From assembly GCA_973851085.1 (NCBI GenBank), contig OZ316775.1, forward strand, positions 22,816,001 through 22,880,000: a stretch of 64,000 nt of DNA, read 5' to 3'. The position numbers and the translations under genes were made by a program. Below are positions 37,701 through 52,253 of the stretch, in pieces. Positions within the stretch are counted from its first letter, which is position 1. Each line of letters starts with the position of its first letter. The notes below the pieces were generated by a model. That model searched no databases. It saw nothing but the letters and a program-made list of their open reading frames with translations, and was not told where the DNA came from. The DNA comes from Ptychomitrium polyphyllum (Eukaryota).

Positions 37701-40700
37701 TATGCTGTAATTATATTTGAATTCCGTATTAAGATTGCGGACTGCGATGATTGCAGGCTAAACTTCTATCTGAGCAGGATGAATCCAGTTATTGGCCTAA
37801 TTCAGTTTCATTGCACATACCGCTCCATAGGACATTGAGCGCAATTCTACAGAAACTTGTGCTCTTTCCCTGGGATAATCACGACAGGGGCTTTCTTTCT
37901 GCGCTCTTACCTCGGGGTAATCACGAAAGAAACCAAATCACTAAAGATGAGGTACGATCCAGTGTTCATTGAGCTTCTGCTAACATGTGATTTAAGATCT
38001 TTTATTATACAGCTAAGTTATACAGCTAAGCTATACCTCCATGCTCATCGCTTTAGGAGATGCTTGTTTCAATTACGAGTTTCAGGCTGCTATTTAGTAC
38101 ATCATATGCATGACTCGATAACATGTGCATGGATACTGTAAATCGTACACATTTTTTCAGAATTGTTACATGAACTAGAGTAAACTTATCGTAGCTTGTC
38201 TGCTAAGTTTGTACAAGAGATGGGTTGATGTTTCTCGCTTACCAGCAGCCAGGTGGCTTGTATGCATTTGTATGGAATATTTAGGTCTGTTTACTAACCA
38301 CGTTTAGTGTATGATTTCTAGGTTCAGAGATTTGTTGATATTTGATGTTAAGCTCATCTAAATGTCTTATTTGCAGGTGCTGCTACTTATGGAACATCCG
38401 CTACGTATTTTGGTTTGGATGGCGCAGGTTTGGAAACTGCATACAGGCTTGCTCTTTATCTTCCATTCTCTTTTTTATGCTCAAAAGGTCTCTTCATGTC
38501 TTATTGCTATATCCAAATTTCCACAAAAGTCTGGCTGAACTTCTGTCTTTGGGTACTGTACTTTTATTCAGCTTCTTAATAGCAGATGTTTCTTGCTACA
38601 CTCGTGCTCTTGGGCCCTTGACAACTTTGGCTTCTGGAATTTGTTAACTCTTGCTCTTTGTGCGATGAAGTTTTGCCCGTGAGTGATGGAGGTCAATTAT
38701 TTTGTAATCTTCTGGGACTTATGTTCTTTGTAGATTCGTGCGCAAATGTGGCGAAAGACGTCAGAAGAATTTAGTCGACTAGAGCTTATTTATAGGGGAA
38801 GTTTCTGGCATGATCAGTAAGATTTTAATGTACTTCTAGCGCTCTGCGTTTTGGTATAAGTTTTGGTATGGAAAGAGATAATTCGAAGCTGTAATTCAAG
38901 TTTTTGACTGTTTTTGGTGGACTGAGCACTAATGTGTATTGCTGGTCGAGTTGTTCTGGTTGCTTTCGTAGTTTTATGAGAGTGATATGCGAACAGATTG
39001 CGACATCTTCTCCTGTCTTGTCTAATGTGAGCATTTTCGTTGTTCTTCAGGTCAATGGACATGGATATATTGCTCATTCAGTTCTGCACCGTCGCTCTTG
39101 AAAATCTACAGGAGACAATCTTTACTAAGATAGCTGAACATTTTGATGTACTCACTGTAATACTTTTCGCTGTGGATTTTTTATTGGCCCGACTGTCGAG
39201 GAAGGATAGTGTACTCTGTCATTTCCTAGAGCCCAGCGGATGCAAGGGTTGCTGATGGATTGTTAATATTTTTCCTCTGGCAGGGCAGTCTGCAACGAAC
39301 CTTATGTGCTAGTTTGTTTTCACATCTGTTCATCGGTGTCGTGAAGTTGAACCGTCTTTCCTAGGCAGCGGTTGGAGCTGCTACGTTTCATGTGGTCGTG
39401 TGTAATTTGAAGACCTCTCGATATGAATGAATGCTTGTATTTGATAATGGTATGTTTGACTTGATGGAACAGTTCAAGATAATGGCAACAACACGTTTGA
39501 TTCCTGAGCGAGACCGTCAGCAATCAGAGATTGTACTCTTGCAAGATTTTATGCGATTAATTTTGCTGGTAAATCTACTTTGCAGTTCTGTATCTTATCT
39601 TTGCAAAAGCACTGGTAGTGTCTAGTGTTACCTTTTTAATTTTTGATTACCTTTTCTTGAAACTATTGAGCTGGTTTTATCTTCGGCTATGCTTTACTGA
39701 GTATGCCGAGGTACTAACTCCTCTAGATTGGGTTAAAGTGATTCCAAAGTTTTGAGGTTAGGACTTGCTAATTTGGCAGCCAAATATAACTCGGTTTACG
39801 CCATACAGTTTGTTCTGTCTGCATGAATTTGATCACTTGCAAATAATCTTCACAGGTTTTTGGAATTTGGGTCATTTCCTAACGAAGTTAGTATAGATGT
39901 ATGTTATATATTATCTAACAATTCTAATAGAACACTTACTAGAAACTTACTAGTTTATGTGCTGCTTTATTATCAATTTTCTTGGTTGTTCATGTATCAA
40001 ACCTGACCTGCAAATATTGCCTTGGTTTGTAGATTGTGCGTGAGCGCCGAAATTTGGGTAGGACAGGTTTGGAGGAAGCGCAAGATAAATGTCTGCAATA
40101 TGATGTCATACAATGGTTGTGTGTTCGTGACCAAACTTATTCTCAGGTGGGTCGTCCAGTAGTCTTTAATAGTTGATAAGAATTAATTACACTAGTTGTG
40201 TGACATGTGAACGTGTTTTCAGTTCTACTACCGTTCTTGGATATATGACCGTCTGTTTAATCGGATTCATTTTGATATCCGTTAATGACTGCTTTTAGTT
40301 CAAATGGATGGTTTCAGCTTTGTCGTGCTTTGAGCGCAATACCCATGGACCATCAGAAACTGAATGCTATCTTGGATAAAGTAGCTATCTATCACGAACC
40401 TAAGGTGTGACTACTGCTACTCGATTACTGTTCTCTTGTAATATCGTTCAAACTTTTTCCTCAACTACAGATTTATTTGATTACTAAGTGTGCACAACAA
40501 CCGTGAACCAATGAATGCATGCAATTAAGGTATAATCATACGACTGCGTGTGTATGTCTTCGAACACATTTGAGGAATTTTCATGACTTCAGAATCATTG
40601 TTCTGCAATTTTCTTATGATATTGAGCATTTGGGAGCTTGTTTTTCACCTTTGTACTTTAAAGAGTTGCGCATGAAAAGCATGTCAACATGGTCTTACAA

Positions 40701-43700
40701 AAGCATTGCGGTCACAGGTTGCTGATCGAGGATACTATCAACTGAAACCAGAATACTGGCAAGAGTTTGATCCTTTGTTTGCTCATTACTACCTGAACGA
40801 GTTGGAAGATGCCGAGGTGGGTGGTGTTCCGATTCTTAATTGTAGTTATAATAGGCTCAATAAATTCTTTGTGAAGGTAATGTAAGGCTTGTTTATATAC
40901 TCAAAGTTTTTTTTCCATTTGATACGTCTGCAGGGTGCAACTCCCTTCCAGCATATGCAGTTTAAGAGCCCAGAGTGGCAGTTCTCATGTAGGAATTGCC
41001 TCCTGGAATAGAACAACAGCATGATAGGTTCATTAGGAATAATAAGAGTGTTTGGGAACGAGTGCAATTCTTTTACAGAGGGAATATTAAACATTCGATT
41101 TGTACTGGTATTTTTAAGGATCGAGCTGTGAAAATTGGGAAGCTGGAGCATTACTGGCGGATCCAGGCACCTCCAGCTGCCGGAGCACCTTACGATCGTC
41201 TCTCAAATCTCCTCCACACAAAGGTAGCAGATGTTTCTAAGTAGTTTTTAAAAGTATTTAACATGTGAACTACCTGCAGTTAAGAAGTCGCTTATTGATA
41301 CAGTATTGAACAAAATGTTGATCTACTACTTTTTCTTTCATGGAGCACCTTTTGTACGCAGAACCTCTTGCACTGTAAATAATTTCTTGAGTTGGGGATT
41401 ATATTCCAGGCGTGTCATCTGTTTCTGCTAAATGTGCTGGACGAAGTGAGATATTTAATCAAAGAGAACGTAACAGCAACAGCTGGGGAAGCGCTTGGTG
41501 TAACTGCTTTGCAAATGATGGCAGTTCTAGTGTCTGATTCACGGGACAATATCAGGTTAGTAATTTGAATTTATTTCATATGGTGCTTGTGAGTGTTTTG
41601 TTTCTCGTTTTGTTGTATTTGCAAACTTTCAACTTCGTTTAGTTCCTTCTGATAATCCACCGGTGTAACTCGTATCGACGTTGACAATGACGAGGTCAGG
41701 TGCTGCTAAAGTATCTAGATTCATCACAACCATCTGGCTAGTTGATATCTGTCCATGATGGAATTTATGCCTCGCAAGAACCTGGATCTGTCTTGGAAAT
41801 AGAATATACTTAAAAATACACAATATAGTTTAGTCGACAGAGTTTTCTGGGTTAACAAAATGAACCTGTACGTTAACTACAATTTCGAGTAGTCTTTTTT
41901 GCTTATATTCTACTTAATAATACTTTCCCTTGGTCCTGAAGGAGAGCTGTATGAAGAGCGTATACTTACTTGGGATTTCATTTTAAGCCCTTTAACGGGA
42001 TGAGATCTCGAAGACGAATTTCAAGGTCATGCATTTAGCATCCTTGTAGGTGGTCACAGTAGTATGATATTTGGATTTAAAATTGCTTGGCTCTGGTAAC
42101 AGGAATGTTGTTGCAAAAACCCACTTTCCTCTGGGACCACAGGATGAGTTTCCTACAGAGGATATTGATGTCAATATCCATGTATTGATTCGGAAAGATT
42201 CTCGTAATCGAGCACTAGATTCTGTTAGCATCCATGAGATGCTGCGGGATTTAGTGGGAGCCAATCACTGCACACGTACGTTATTCTAAGGCAGAAAGGT
42301 TCTAATGTTGCTGTCTCTACATGTTTCTATATACGTCTTGCAAGGGATTTGACTTCTAATGCTAGTGCTTTTTGATGGAAACAAATCTCTGCTTTCTATA
42401 TAGATTGAAGTTGCAGCTGTCGTCCACCGCAGTTACGTTCAGACCTGACCATGATTTTTAAGCGTGTGACAGGCTTGGTGGACTCTGTCAATCATGTTCT
42501 TGAGCTCCTTTGCCTATCTTCCAAAGAAAAATCTCGTGCTCCTGAGGTTATATGCTCGTAAAGCTTGATTATTTTGGTCAATTTCTATACACATATAATT
42601 CTGGTTAAGCTGTTCTCAATAGAAGTGATATTGAAGTGACCAAGTCAACTATCTTCTTGCATGCGTTTCCGCTGCTAATCGTAAACTCGATGAACACTTA
42701 GTTTTTACTCTTTAGTTTATCGTGGTCTTCTTTTTATAGATCGATTCTCAAGGTGGAGAAGACTTGCAGCGTAAACTGCTGAAAGAACAGCGACAAAAAG
42801 CAATCCTTGAGGAGTTTGCTGCTAAGTGAGTCTTCAGTCCACCAAGGCAGTGCTTGGTATTATAAATTGGAAGTGGAATGTATGAATTGCATTTCATGTG
42901 TAATATATTTGTCAAGCGGAATGTACTACAAGATGACATCACTCGAATCACCAAATCAATAGCGTGAAGTCTTAGTGTGTATTCCATAAAGTGCTCCAAT
43001 TAAGCAAAGGAACCACTTGGGAAACTACAGTAATTTAGGTTGCTCATACAAAGTACAATCATTTAGGGTACTTACCAAGTGATTGTTATAAGTCAATTAC
43101 AATAATATAAGGTGCTTGAACTTGATTACAAGAATATACATGAGAGTATGCTTAGAATATTACTAAATATACTATACTTCAATTTTTTTGATGATACGCT
43201 TAATTACCTTTCAATCCTCACGTAGTATCAATAATGGAAGACTGACCCCCGAGATAACGTGACAACCTTGGAGGTAGCCCAATTCTTAAACGGGGACGTC
43301 CACCTTGTTGCATTCTAATTTATTACTGCTGGGTACTGGATAATACCTACATTCTGTTTATGTTGCTAATATGAGGCATATCTTGTCTACAGGCAAAATG
43401 CTTTTATGGAACATCAGGATGTTAGTGATTATGATGAAGACTCTGAAGAAGGCTGTGACGAAGGCTCTCGGATGGAAGTATCTGGTATTATTGATGAAAA
43501 CTTCGCTTACAAAAGCGGTGTGGAGTCTACTACTAAGACGCCCGCTAAAGCTGTGGTCTCTATAGCAGAGACTGACTATGTAGCCACGGAAACTTCTCCC
43601 GAGACAAAGGAATGCGTTCTTTGCAGAAGGAAGGTATGCGTTGTTCATTCTTTCAGCTTCCTAGCTTCGCAGATCCAAATTATTTTAAAGTATTTGTATA

Positions 43701-46700
43701 ATGTAGAGTTTCTCTACTATTGCTTGGAAAGAGTTTCTCTTATGTTTGAGGTCAGGGGTTGTCACTCCTTTTGGTGCTTGTACTTAAGTTAGTAAACAGA
43801 CCCGTACAGCACTTTGACAAGAAGTTTTGGATGATAATTTCAGAAAGATGACAGGAATTCTTCAATGTGCTGGATTGCTTTGGTACAACGGTATAATTTT
43901 CCCTGCCAAGTTCTAAGTAGAGGGAAAATAGTGTCGAACATCAGCGATGTGGGTCCAGTTTCAATGTTTGACCAGTTTCATGAAAGCAAAATTAGTGATG
44001 ACGGCCTGGATCAGCTGGTTACAGTGGGGTTCCCGGATGACTCACGAGATGCTACTGCAATTGATTTTTCTACCGTCGAGCATGTTCAATGCTGTGGTCA
44101 CCAGGTACTAGTTGCACCTCCTTATCCGATTTTTATTCGTCTGTTTTGCATTCTCTCTCGATTTTAATCATTCCTTTCGATTTCAAGGAGGTATTGTCCA
44201 GAGTTCTATGATGTAGACGTTGTTTAATAACGTTGCGGGTTCAGATAGTCGCTGTGTGATTGTGTTTTTCAAAATTGTGTTAGTAGATAGAAAGACGGCT
44301 GTCTGAAGTAGGTTGAGTTGTGCCTAATGTTCAGTGAATACAGAACATTTACATTTTTGAACAAATAGGATGTTAGGATTTCTATGAGCTTGCTGCTGCT
44401 TATTGCTTGCGAGTGAATGACATTATACTTACTTTTCTTGCAGTTGGCTTGGTAATACTTAAATCTCATTTATAATAATTGATGCTGTAAGAATAAATCG
44501 TATTTTGTTTGAATCTAAAACGAACTTTTGGATACTCTTATTATTTCCTAGCCAAGAACAAGCAGCATGTTTGATCACAAAACTATTAAGCCTTTCGCAC
44601 TCCCTTTCACAAATCAGATGCATTTCGATTGCTTCGAAGGCCATATGAAGAATCTTCAGTTGAACCTTAATGGAGGTAAGTGTCTGCGGCACCCAATTTA
44701 ATGTGCATTTATTACCTGTGAATAATGTATGCAAATTTGTACTAGAATTAAGATTTTTAAACTCGGCAAAGAATATGTATTATAGTGAGAAAAGGTCCTT
44801 TTAATTTGGTCTTTGGTCTTTCCTCGAGTTCTTGACTTCACACATCGATTATTACAGATGTCTAGCAATCATCTGACTGAATGTTTTGTGATTTATTAGA
44901 TAAGGATTTTGAGATATTACATATTATTCAAGCTGTTTGCGATACTTACGAAACAATATGTTGTTTCCTCAAAATCTTAGGCAATGGTATTGTGGACCCT
45001 TCCAAGGCGGAGTTCACTTGTCCCACGTGCAGGCGCTTAGCAAACGTCCTTCTGCCCGATGTGGAAGCATCTCTATCATCCAGAAAGCATGATATGCACG
45101 ACGAAAGAGATGTAAATGAAACAGGAAAGATTTGGATCAGGTTCTGGCAATCAAACAAGAATCTAGAGCGCGCTGTAGATTATTTCTGTTCTCAGGTATG
45201 TTAACAAATTGATCGATGCTGTGCCGATAACATGTCCTTATGATGTGTGCATTACAATGCCTTCTCAACTATTCACAACATTTTTCAACTTCATAACAAG
45301 TGAAGTTGTTGTTTCAAGTAGAGCTAGATCAGACTGGAGAGCGTTGGTACTCTTGATTAAGTTAGGTAGTGTTGAGGGCACATTCTTCGGACCCTCATAA
45401 TGATGTAGTAGTCATTCTTATAGGATAGTTCTGGCTTTGTAATGCAGGTGTTAAGAGTACAAAAGCAGTCTCCGCAGTCGTTCTTTAACCTAAGAAGGTT
45501 CGATCTAAGCCGGGTGAGCGCTGTCCTGCTTTCTTACCTGGTCCAGTTATCGTTTGTTATCGGTTCTCACAAGCCTTACATACATTCGAGGTTCCTGAGT
45601 GCCTTCGAGGCTCTTTTAGTGTTGGGAATTGAGGGGTGAAGTTTCTTCAGTATTTACTGATTTTGGTCTTGGTCATTGAACAATCAACTTGAATATCTTT
45701 ATCACAGTGTTAAATACTTGCTAGCTGTATAAACTAGTGTTAGAACTGAAGTTTGAAAATTTCCTGGGTTGCATGAAGGCTTTATGGGAGGAACTCGTTC
45801 TAAATGTCATCCACTGTGAAGTGGAAACTAGAGATGGCGTTAAGTGCGAATCGGCGTCATCGTCATCAGCACCAATTAAACTTTCTGATGAATGTACTTG
45901 GGGTGGAGATGCTGCCCATTGGATCGCTCTGCGGGAATTAGGAAGACTGGCCATGCTTTCTAACACCTTGCCAGATGCAGGTGAGAAGTTTACGGACGTC
46001 AGTACTAGAGGATGCATACGTTTCTTTCAAATACCATGGAGCTGCTTCGACATCCATGATGCATGTCACGTTCCTACTCTTTTGTTGTTTGAGTTCTTCT
46101 GAGTATTGAGCTAACTTTTATTCAATTTCAGAATATTAATTATAAGCTTCCCGTTTTAAGCAACTTATTAAATAAGTTATATTCAGTGTGGGAAATCGAT
46201 AAAGAAAGCAGTAGGTTAACACAATGTTGACGTTCTGCGTGTTGGCCTTGTCTCTGCTCTGAAACACATCAATCTGGGGAGAATTTAGATTTTCTGTCAT
46301 TTCGTTTTGACTATTTCTAGACTTAAATCTTCCTTGAAACTTATTACAGTCTTTCATTGATCCTCACATAATTCCATATCTTTACACTTTGGGTCTCGAC
46401 AGTACATTGGTGGAACAGCGCTGAGTTGCTTGTATTTTCTTTGTATAATGTCGCACACAATTTGACACTCTTAGCAAAAATCTCTTAACATGAATGACCG
46501 TCCAAGAACTGTACAAGTTTCGGCCACGATTGAGCATGGAAAATTTACGACACTGACAATGATCTGTGCATCTGTGATTTTTACAGTGCAGAGGAGGGAT
46601 TCTTTGTTGCGGAGGCTGAGGGAATGCCTTGGATTGCTTGACAGGAGCGAGACTTTGCCCCAGACAGATACAGGCTCTGAGCCCCCATCCAATTGGGCTG

Positions 46701-49700
46701 GAATTAGTGAGCTTGAGAATATTATTCGGGAGATGTTCCCTCGCAACTCATTTGATTGTGTAGAACCCGAACCGCAGGAATCGGCAGAAATGCTTTTCAA
46801 CCCTGTCAGTGAATATTTCCGGGATGAGACAGTTAACCTACAAGAGAATCTCGACTCAACTCCTGTGTCCGTATCTGTAGACGAAAGGGAAGAAGTGCTA
46901 GCTCTTACAAATGGAGATTCAACTCACAGTTCGGTAGTTGAGGAGAGTAAAGACAGCTGCTTTGCTGATTCTAAACATGGTGGTCCACATCCTAATGGGC
47001 TTGCTGCTCCAGATCCTGTTGTTCCAGTTCCTCAGCAGAAGCATGAGATTACATTTGTGGATGCTACAGTTGAGAATGAGGCTAGACAAAGAACTACGTT
47101 CAATAGCTGTCCTAGTAACCAGCCATCTTTAGAGCAGAAGCAGGGCAACTCTTTAGTAGCCGAGGAGAAGCGGAATACCTGGATTGTAGATATCTTGAAA
47201 AATGGGATTCTCACAGCCGACCCATCCAGGCTTCTTACATTGCTCTTAATTGTGAGCGCTCTCCTGATCACTTTTATTATTTATCACATGTCATTCCAAT
47301 TCAATTCATTTCATCTTATTTCCTGTCTAATGTTTCTAGGTAAAACTGTGGTCTTCACAATTTGCATTTAGTGATGATGGAGTTGTCTTTGGATGGTTTG
47401 TAAATCGGTTTTAAAGTTCTTGTTCTAGTAGTTGCTTACTGATTCATAATGTTTTGCTGTTCAGATCTTTAACGGACAACCTGATAGGCGTTCTTTGCAT
47501 TCCATGGTAAAGTTTGCATACACTGCAGCCGTTTTGCAGACGCAAATAGCAATTACCAAGCTAGGTGTTGAAGGTCGTGTGATGGAGAGCCTTGTACAAA
47601 GGGCCTGTCTTCCATTTCTGCGAAGAGCTGCGATGCTGGTACTTTGTCTCTGCCATTCTCCTTGATTATGTCCTTGTTCAGGATGGTAAACCGTACTTTA
47701 TCATGTAGTGTATCAATTGCAGCTTCTGTTATTCGAAGTTCGTTTGGTCCTAAATGGTATCAAGAATCTTTGTCGTTGTGTTCTCCAGCAGTAGACGCTG
47801 CCTCTTATCTACTTCCGAAGGCTTTTCCATCGCGGGGTCCAACTATTTGTGTATGCCAATATTCGAAAAGATTCCAAGCTATATTTTAGAAAACTTCTTA
47901 CTGTTTATTCTGTCTTTTCAGGTACAGATAATCACGCGAGATGACTTTAGGGATCAGCATGGATTATCAGGTAGACAGTGTGGAGGCTTTTCGAATTCGG
48001 TTCAAAAGCTTGGTTGATAAATGTAGTTTTGTTCTTACAAGGTGTTCACCACTGAATTAAAAATCTGCACGTCCTGCGAGCTTTCTCATTGGTTATATTT
48101 TCTGTGACTTGATCGTCAGTAGAGTTTTTAAATATCGCAGTTTACTGGCACAGGGACGAAAATGATGGAGTTCCTCAGTTTACAGCAGGCATTGCAGCTT
48201 CCAGACTGCAATCAAATATTACAACCTCAAGTTCCTGGTAATGAATAATGATACTGTAGTTATTGCATTAGATGCCCCGGCATGGATTTGAACTTGCAAG
48301 TAGTCATTTTTTTGTTGATTTCTCTTGCGATAACAAGACGCTCAGATATGACTATTGTCGCCTTTAAGGCTTATTATTTGACATGTCACCCGAAGTTAAT
48401 TTTAGCGACATTCATGAACACTTCTTATATATTTTAATATTCTGAGTAATCTCCTGTTTGAATGTATAATGCTTATTGATTTGAACACTGCTTTTGTCCA
48501 AAACTCCAGGAGCAAGGGAGATGCTAGCAACTCAACTGCGCATACTTCATCAGCCTGTAATATTGGGGTTTTCTTACGTCTGTGGATGTTGCAGTTTCTT
48601 CATATGAAAGTCCAGATTATCGAGGATTTTATTTAGCTTCGCTTTGAAATTATGTCAAAGCCTTAAAAATGTTGTGCTGATTGATCATCTCAAAATAATT
48701 TGTCATCTGATACCTACTTTATTCTACAGGTTTCTGAGACATTCACATTTGAGCTACGTAAAGTTCCTTCCAAGGCTTTGCTCCATGGTCTGCCTCGCGT
48801 TTTTCAGGTTCATCACTAACGATAAACTATAAGCTTCTGCATTGATGTGAGAACTTTATGAAGAGTTGCGGCACAAAATCTTCATAGTTCCTTTTTTCTG
48901 TTTGATTACACATTTGAACATGGTTTATGAAAAGTCTACATGTTCTGTCCTGTAGCAGGTTGTACATTTAACCTCTTCCCGGCATATATGCATGCAACAT
49001 CGTAACAGCTGATCTGTTGAGTGGATGTACAATAGTTGCATGCAATGGTTGTGTTGATTCATTTGATGATATGGAGGTCGTAGATGTGGTTTTTTTGGCT
49101 TGTTCAGGAGCTACTTTTGGAAAACATTCACAACAAAAAACAATGCTCCTCTTGTGGGGAAATGCCTGTGTGAGTCTCCACTGCACCTTTGTACTTTCTC
49201 GAAGACGTGCTTTGTGAATCACTAGAGTCATTTAGAGATGTTTTCAAACTGTTGTATTACGTCCGTTATGGTTGTCTCTTGGGTCGACTACAACATTTAA
49301 CATCTGGACTGCATTCACCACGTTTTCTGAAGCCTACCAACCAATTCACAAACAAGCAATTACAGCCTTCTTGCCTTTGCAGGGATCCTGCAATCTGCCT
49401 CATTTGTGGAATGTTACTGTGCTGTGCAACCAAGTGCTGCAGATCTCCTGCTGGAGTAGGCGAATGTTCTCAACATGCAGCTAATGGTATGATATTACAC
49501 AACTTGAGACAGGCTAGCAAATTGAATCACTAATAAATAACGCAGATAAAATCTTTAAGCAGCAAGCTTAATTGTAGTTATTCAATGAAGAATAATACTC
49601 TTTTTACTGTTATGTTCTTATTGAACGGTTTGTACAATTATCATATGTTGTGTGTTCACGTAACAGAATCAGCCGGTGTGGGAATATTTCTGTTACTACG

Positions 49701-50226
49701 TTCTACTCAGCTTCTACTGCTTCGTAACAACCGGACTTGCATGGGACTTTCCTTGTATTTGGATATCCACGGCGAGGTTAGAACCCTTTTTTTCATTCCT
49801 ACACTAATTGAAAATCGTTTTTGAGCTGGCACAATTAAACAAGTTTAACTGGTATGTTAGCCTGCGCAGGAGGACCTTTATTTAAGAAGAAGCCAGCTGT
49901 TATATTTGAGTCCGCTTCGATTGAAGGAGGTAACTATCCTACGCAGGTTGTAGCGCATTTTGTGTATGAGCAAGAGACGTGGCTTTCATAATAGTTCTTT
50001 TGAATTGGCAACTTAATCACGTACATTGTTTATTGAAAGCATTACCATATGCTAACCTCATTGATTTTACCTGCACCTTTTGTGTTTGGAGTATTTTAAG
50101 GTTTCCCTTGGATCAACCATTTTGGGGAAATTTGATGTACAGGTTCGACGGTTATGGATGACTGCAGCTTTCGACTACGACTCTTACATACTCCGCAACT
50201 CTCAATCAAAACCTCGCCAGTATTAA
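31708..50226 (+). CDS. UBR-box / RING-H2 E3 ubiquitin ligase (UBR1/2/3-PRT6 superfamily), ~43 exons, roughly 1,750 aa by manual tally
   Basis: UBR box across exons 31708-31910, 33029-33081, 33349-33415 and 33690-33769: CTNVWSKGIIACRCRTCQANDSSAICVDCFQNGNHWEHDYVMYHSESGGCCDCGDRAAWKESGFCTSH. Downstream motifs in canonical order: MVQLF, QWMNP, SLHIPLHR, LMEHPLR, AQIRAQMWRK, winged helix (IQWLCVRDQTYSQL..GYYQLKPEYWQEFDP), KEQRQKAILEEF, split RING-H2 (CVLC..CCGHQMHFDC..EFTCPTCRRLAN), CLPFLRRAA, DPAICLICG, YLDIHGEED. Stop TAA at 50224-50226. Confidence 0.9.
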
Positions 50227-52253
50227 GTGTTTGTAAATGTTATCTACCGATTTTATAACTATGTCCATTGTGCAAGATAGCGCCTATTACTTAGGTTCAA
50301 CAAGATTGGTGAGATCTTACTTGTATATCAAGAGATTTTATGTATCAGAAGTTTCGGCAGGTTCATAGAACCTGATTTTGAGGAGCTTCTGTCAAGATGA
50401 AAAGTTCTGTTTCTCTCAATGAAATGAGGGTAGTTTTTGATCAGGACTTATTTTATTAGATTATAACCCAGGTTTGGAGGTGATCCCATCTCATCCCATT
50501 CACAGTTTAATTAAATTGTACAATTGCAGTTTCTCAAGATTCTGCTAGCAGAACTTGCGAGTTTCAGCAGTATTTGGTAGCATCCTCTGTTGGTTTCACA
50601 TCTATCTCTTGCCGGTGCCTGTAAGTACTTCTGTGATTATAGTGTGTCCTTAGGGCCTTTATACAGCATTTTAGTGAGAGTTAGTTTACCATATAGCACC
50701 ACAGCATTGAGTTTTCTAAACATCTTATCAAACTGTATACAGTGAACCCGGTAATATTTGTACTGTATGTGACCACTCTTAATAGACAGCCTTTCTATAG
50801 TTTGGGGTCACTCTTCATCACAAGTGGAGTGTGATTTTGAGGATCTCAGACAAATACCTTTTTGACTGAGCTTTTACTGAATAAAACCTCCATATCGTTA
50901 GTTAGGAAGACTATCAGTCACCTAATTTTGAACATTCATAACTAATTCATACTATCTGTAAACAATACGTTTTAAAGAATGTTAAGAATTTGAATTGGGA
51001 TACGAAAGACGACATTTAGTGCTTCAACTTCTATTTTTAGAAAACAACTCACACGACAACTCTTCTTCAATTTACATATGAAAAACTGATTAATGAAGAT
51101 GAATTTATGAATAAAAGAAAATCCAAGTAACTTGTTAAATATGATTTTTCACTTAAAATAAAATGTATTGATAAGCAGTTCATTTGAGTTTTTCTATATA
51201 TCATAATAGTCTCTTTCTACAACTTTCATAAATACAATTTTTCCAAGACCTCAGATTTTTCAGAGTGAAAGATGTAAAAAATGAGAATTTGAAATGCAAA
51301 TTGTTGTATGCTGCATCTACACCTGTCACCATGAACGTCACGGTCCGAAACACAATATGATAAAGGGATCATGGAGAAAAAGTGATTCATGTTAAATCAC
51401 GTAATTTAGCTAAGATCTACAGTTTAGATTCTCATTAAAGCTGAGGAGCAACAAATTAAGGAAGGGACGGTCCACCTGAGAAATGAACGCAGAGCCAAAG
51501 TCCTTGAGATCAGGATTAATTGCAAACTGAGCAGCACCAACCTTGCCGCTAGATTTGCACTCAATCTAGTCAAAATGAAATGCTTCAAAGCTTCAATTTC
51601 TCACATCACAGCAATTCTGCAAATCTGCCTGTTGAAGGAAACTAATCTGATCAATCTGAAGTTATGTAGACGTGGTACCTGTGGTATGTTTGAATGTTAA
51701 CACATAGACTAGCACTGCAAGCTCCAAACAGAATTAGAAGGATGACAACAGTGATAAGGCAAGCATGGACGAGGTCAAGTGACATGAGAGATCCAACGGC
51801 CGTTCGGACATGATTAGTTCTGCAACTAGTGACGGGGTTGCGGAATCTAGACTGCACAGGAGATCCAATGGCACGCGGACATCCAGGGGGCATCCCCCGC
51901 GGCAGGCTGCAACATCGAATTTGCTGCATCATTGATCGACTCTGCATGTGGGCTGCATCATGCCGGTGCCATGCGTGCTCATCGCGGCTACTCAATCCCA
52001 TGCATGTACTAGCTACGTACCAATGCCGTCGTCTCCCTATCGCGAATATTGCCATGATTTCACACCACATTCAAATCCCAGGACCGTTCACGCGCTAGCT
52101 CTGCACAGTGCTTTCCACTACTTAACTGTTTCTTTTTGTGCTTGCAGCCTTGGGATTAATTGTTCCAGGTCTGCCAGGATAATGAGGGCCTTGATATCCG
52201 ACCACTTGGGATACCAAGAAGATTATCCGAGGCGGCTAACTCGCAGGAGGTGG

